Shown: positions 60,174 through 64,000 of the stretch, in pieces
How the letters are laid out: every line of letters begins with the position of its first letter
Position numbering within the stretch: position 1 is the first letter of the stretch
Source: a virus
Reading direction: 5' to 3' (one strand)
Length of the DNA stretch: 64,000 nt
Virus record (IMG/VR): IMGVR_UViG_3300042691_008788
Coordinates: 32,001-96,000 of that record
Position numbers and translations under genes: made by a program
The notes under the pieces: generated by a model
The model's database searches: none
Told to the model about the DNA's origin: nothing
The model's input: only the letters and a program-made list of their open reading frames with translations

Positions 60174-60604
60174 TTCTCATTCTCCTTCTCAATCAGTAGT
60201 TGAGACAAGTAGTCTACACCAAATGTGTTCTCAATCAACCTCTTTCTCTCGTTATTCTCCGAGATTGTCAGAGGAATATAGTTGCTGAATCCTGGCATTT
60301 GTTTCGGGCAATGAACTCTAGGATAGTCCAATTTTGAATAATGCCCATCATCAACATTAGTCAGTTGTGTCTGTCCAAAATCTCCACAGTTGCAAGCACG
60401 ACATATGAATGATTTTGGATATTTCTTGCTTTCTTCTCGCTCTTCACATGGCGATAAGCCCATCTCTGATGATCCATGACAGGATATCTCACGAATGTCT
60501 TTTATCTCTTCCGACACAGTTGCTCCTGCAAGTCCACGCGAGATCAGAGAATCTGCAAACTGCCAAGCCTTGGTGAATCTATTTCTGAGAAAGTAGTCTT
60601 TCAT
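60170..60604 (-). CDS. Cys-rich hypothetical protein (probable metal-binding)
   Basis: SCHG..PC..CRACNCGD..HCP. Confidence 0.65.
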   Translation of the reverse strand: MKDYFLRNRFTKAWQFADSLISRGLAGATVSEEIKDIREISCHGSSEMGLSPCEEREESKKYPKSFICRACNCGDFGQTQLTNVDDGHYSKLDYPRVHCPKQMPGFSNYIPLTISENNERKRLIENTFGVDYLSQLLIEKENEK

Positions 60605-62328
60605 TGGTTTATCCTGCTGAAGTTGTTCTTCTTGCTGAATGTAAGCACATCTTGAAACTTATCTACAAGTTGATCAGTCTTGTGCGAAATGACAAACACA
60701 TTGCATCTCTTACCAAGGGTTCTGATCAGTTTCATAAACTCGTCCATGCCTGTACTATCAAGGCTTGAATCAAACACTTCATCAAGAACCAAGATATTGC
60801 AGTTGGTGCTATTCTTCAATCGTGCGATCTCTCTCCATGCAAGAAGAAGAGAAAGATCGATACGCATCTTTTCTCCTTCGCTGAAAGAAGCATAGGTAAA
60901 CTCATCCCTATGTCGTGACTTGATTGTTTCATTGAAACTCTCATCAAGATTGAACTGTACGAAGAAGTCCATACAAGCGAGATAGTGATTGATCAACTTA
61001 TTCATGATTGGCAAATAGTGCTTGATCACTCTCGTCTTGATTCCGCTATCCTTGAGTATACCCTGTGCTGATGAGAGAAGTTTTTGCTCATCCTGTTTTT
61101 CATCGTAGTGCTTCTTGGCATCATCACACTTGTTCTCAAGTTGGTCTAGTGTGTCTTGTTCTGTTTGAAGATTCTGCTGCGATTTTTTGATCTTGTCGGC
61201 ATCAGAAGATAGACGCTCAATCATTTTCTCTGCTACGGCTAGTTTCTGTCTATGTTCGTTCAATATTGTCTGAAACTTATCGTAGTCCTGTTCCACATTG
61301 GTCAACTTATTGTCAGTAATGAATTTTTCCTCAACCGCTATTCTTTTCTCAACATCAAGAACCGCAATACGCATCTCTTCGCGCTTTGTCTTCTTGCTGT
61401 CTATCTCTCTGTTCCTATGCTGCTCTGTAAGAGGCTGTCCACATGACGGACAAGGAACTTCCTCGGTTGTCATTATCATAGACAACTCCATATCAATGGT
61501 GTTCAACTTGTTGTCAAGAGTGGAACGGATCCTCTTCAAGTCTGTGATGGTCTGTTCCTTCTTGCGCTTCAAGTCCCTGTTTTTTGATAGATTACTCAGA
61601 GTGTTTCCACCCTTGACAACAACAGAAGATAGAGAATCCCGAACTACTTCATTTTTCTTTATCTCTTCATCGATACCTTCAAGGGACGAGCGACTCTTTT
61701 CCTCAAGAGCATCAAGATACTTTTTCTGAGTATCCTTCTTGCTCTCAAGAATCTCCATTGTGGTTTCACAGGTGCGAAGGTCTTCCTTGTTGGAGGAGAC
61801 TCTGTCCTTCAAAACAGTATTCATTGAAGAAAATACGCTGATGTCAAGCAAAGACTCAACGATGGCGCGTCGGTCTGCGGCGGGTAGACGCATGAAAGGC
61901 ACATAGTTGGTAGATCCAAGAATGACAACTTGACAGAATGCCTTGTATGACATCTTGAGAATCTGTTCCTCAAGCATCTTCTGATAGTCCTTGGACTTGG
62001 AGTCCTGATCTATCATCTTGTCATCTTTATGGATCTCAAATAACTTTGGAGCAAGTCCTCGTCGGATAAGATACTTCGTGCCACCGATCTTAAAGATGCA
62101 TTCAACCACACAGTCCTTGGTGTTGATGCTGTTGGCGAGTTGCGGAATGTTTATGTTGCGGAACGGCTTGCCGAATAGACAGAAGGTCAAGGCATCAAGG
62201 AAAGTCGTCTTTCCCGCACCATTTTCTCCACAGATCAGAGTCATCTCTGACTTGTCGAGTTTTAGTTCAGTCCAATAGTTACCGTATGAAAGAAAGTTCT
62301 TCCAGCGAATGGATTCAAAGACGATCAT
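60601..62328 (-). CDS. 46: Rad50/SbcC-like recombination ATPase gp46
   Basis: WKNFLSYGN, GENGAGKTT, CPSCGQ hook, FSEGEK, LDEVFD, VISH. Confidence 0.97.
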   Translation of the reverse strand: MIVFESIRWKNFLSYGNYWTELKLDKSEMTLICGENGAGKTTFLDALTFCLFGKPFRNINIPQLANSINTKDCVVECIFKIGGTKYLIRRGLAPKLFEIHKDDKMIDQDSKSKDYQKMLEEQILKMSYKAFCQVVILGSTNYVPFMRLPAADRRAIVESLLDISVFSSMNTVLKDRVSSNKEDLRTCETTMEILESKKDTQKKYLDALEEKSRSSLEGIDEEIKKNEVVRDSLSSVVVKGGNTLSNLSKNRDLKRKKEQTITDLKRIRSTLDNKLNTIDMELSMIMTTEEVPCPSCGQPLTEQHRNREIDSKKTKREEMRIAVLDVEKRIAVEEKFITDNKLTNVEQDYDKFQTILNEHRQKLAVAEKMIERLSSDADKIKKSQQNLQTEQDTLDQLENKCDDAKKHYDEKQDEQKLLSSAQGILKDSGIKTRVIKHYLPIMNKLINHYLACMDFFVQFNLDESFNETIKSRHRDEFTYASFSEGEKMRIDLSLLLAWREIARLKNSTNCNILVLDEVFDSSLDSTGMDEFMKLIRTLGKRCNVFVISHKTDQLVDKFQDVLTFSKKNNFSRINQ

Positions 62329-62346
62329 TGGTCACTCCACCTGTAT

Positions 62347-62841
62347 TTATCGGGTGGACTCTAGATCAAGGTAAGGATTTTTTGAAGAAAACCAAAGAGG
62401 AGTTGTGCTATTCTTCCAAGCCGCAAATCGCGACTTTTCTCCGATGTAATACTTTCTATATGCTACCACAGCATCAACATCCTTGTATTGTTCTGGCATT
62501 GCCTGTGCAAAAGGAGTCAGTTCCTTGATTGGAATATTTGGTGGGTAGTTGGCATGACACCACCGAATGATGTCTTCGCTCTTATGAATCTTGCCATATC
62601 TCTTTGTGTATTCGTCACATAGAGCAAGACCATGCAGACACAGCCAATTGTAGTTGGCTATGCTTGCTGATGCCCACAGAGTGCATGGATGCTTTCTATG
62701 GGTTGGTTTGTATGTCGCAGTCCCCTCTGGGTGTGCAGAACAAAGCATCTGCGCTGTTTCCAAAATCATCTTGACAATATGCTTATCGCACATGTCTTGT
62801 GCTGCCTTGCGTGGATTGCTGTTTACTACAAAGATGTTCAT
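62347..62841 (-). CDS. Pyrimidine-dimer DNA glycosylase/endonuclease V-like protein
   Basis: MNIF, DKHIVKMILETAQML, YK.TH..HPC..W, PFAQAMP, AYR.YY. Confidence 0.85.
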   Translation of the reverse strand: MNIFVVNSNPRKAAQDMCDKHIVKMILETAQMLCSAHPEGTATYKPTHRKHPCTLWASASIANYNWLCLHGLALCDEYTKRYGKIHKSEDIIRWCHANYPPNIPIKELTPFAQAMPEQYKDVDAVVAYRKYYIGEKSRFAAWKNSTTPLWFSSKNPYLDLESTR

Positions 62842-62847
62842 GGCGAG

Positions 62848-62876
62848 AGCATAACCTAATAAGTGAGTGGTGTCAA
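62848..62876 (-). promoter_or_regulatory. sigma70-like promoter, probably leaderless
   Basis: TTGACA-N17-TATGCT, 6 nt before the ATG. Confidence 0.7.
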
Positions 62877-64000
62877 CTATGAGTAGATCGGAATATTTTC
62901 AAAGGCTATGTCTGCAAACTGCGGTAGGCTTTGCTTGATTGCCTGTAGACCAGATGAAGAAAGTTTGAAGTCTTTGTTTCCATAATTTAAGAACCATCCA
63001 GATCCTCCAGCCACACTTGCAAAAGTTATACCACCAATAGTAAACCCACCATAAAGAGTTCCACTTGCAGAATATACCTTCTCAAAGAAAGCATATGTTG
63101 CCCCCGTTGTCGTACCTATACAAACATTGTTGTTTGCTATCACAAGATTAGATGGATTGTTTATCTGAGATAGATTTAGTTGAATGTTTGTTCCATCAAA
63201 AGACATTATGCTGGTTAGATGAGGATATTGACTCACCCAAGGCAAATTTCTGATGTCAACCTTGTTGTATAAACCGAAATAATCGCTATTACCTTGCTGC
63301 ATGGTGGCTTCACCATAATTTGTTTCATAGTACGAGTACGGAGTATATCCATATCTACGATCCGTTGTTGGAATTGTACTAGACCTTTCAAGCCACTCAT
63401 CTCCATCAATGTTAAATGTGGAATACTTGAGTCCATTTGCTTTCCATAGACTGTTCCAGTTTCCTTCATTGAATTTCACAAATGTTGATGGTCTAGTACA
63501 TTCTATGAAAATATTGTTATTGATTTTGATGTTTGTTCCGCCGATGAAGATGGCGTTGTCAACATCAGACATTGTGCTACCGCATCGATAGAACACATTT
63601 CTTATGATGTTGTCGCCACCACCGCTGTAATCGAAATATATTGCACAAGCATTGTGTAGAGAATCAACTCCGCATATTCCATAATAAGGTCCACCTGGCA
63701 AGCGGGATCCGATGTTGTTAAAGAAGTTTCCACGAATGACATTTCCCACATGAGATGGGTCTGCATACTTGTAGACAGCACCCATGTCATCGTTGTAGAA
63801 ATTTAGATTTGTGAAGTTGTTTGACTCTATTATATTGTTGTTACCAGAGTAGTCTATTCCCTTTCCATTTCCATCAGCAATCAATGTCTTTTGTATGATG
63901 TTTCCGACACCAGACATTTGAATTGCAGCACCGTTTGAACTGGAAAGTCTACCGAAAGACTTTATAACACAGTTGCTTACTACATTGCCAGATCCCGATA
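62877..64000 (-). CDS. Right-handed parallel beta-helix protein (5'-truncated by the window)
   Basis: NNNIIESNNF, DMGAVY, GNVIRGNFF, AIYFD, NIIRNVFY repeats. Confidence 0.75.
   Translation of the reverse strand, partial: SGSGNVVSNCVIKSFGRLSSSNGAAIQMSGVGNIIQKTLIADGNGKGIDYSGNNNIIESNNFTNLNFYNDDMGAVYKYADPSHVGNVIRGNFFNNIGSRLPGGPYYGICGVDSLHNACAIYFDYSGGGDNIIRNVFYRCGSTMSDVDNAIFIGGTNIKINNNIFIECTRPSTFVKFNEGNWNSLWKANGLKYSTFNIDGDEWLERSSTIPTTDRRYGYTPYSYYETNYGEATMQQGNSDYFGLYNKVDIRNLPWVSQYPHLTSIMSFDGTNIQLNLSQINNPSNLVIANNNVCIGTTTGATYAFFEKVYSASGTLYGGFTIGGITFASVAGGSGWFLNYGNKDFKLSSSGLQAIKQSLPQFADIAFENIPIYS

Overview
64 kb of a large T4-like (Tevenvirinae/Kyanoviridae-type) myophage genome. The T4 replication core is clear: gp32, gp33, gp61, gp41, UvsX, gp43, RegA, gp62/44/45 and gp46, plus NrdJ, ThyX, dUTPase, DenV-like, GroES-like and RuvC-like genes. 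There are tail-fibre/collagen genes, a ~10.5 kb glycan-biosynthesis island between gp41 and uvsX, and a PEP-CTERM-type gene whose PSPGAIALLGMAGLVGRRRR anchor suggests a Planctomycetota (Phycisphaerae-like) host. Main candidates for novelty: (1) a block of late genes (1-12.6 kb) that look like capsid-targeted polyproteins, in which basic peptides and His-rich enzyme domains (two GNAT-like, nucleotidyltransferase-like, ligase-like) are separated by prohead-protease-like (I/L/V/M)-x-E sites; (2) a ~145-nt multi-hairpin ncRNA with its own promoter motif and terminator right after gene 32; (3) a host-surface PEP-CTERM moron together with the glycosylation island; (4) a sigma70-like TTGACA-N16-TATACT promoter set that probably yields leaderless mRNAs; (5) two split genes. 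No tRNA, CRISPR array, intein, intron or integrase was recognised. Family assignments are from motif recognition by eye and need HMM confirmation.
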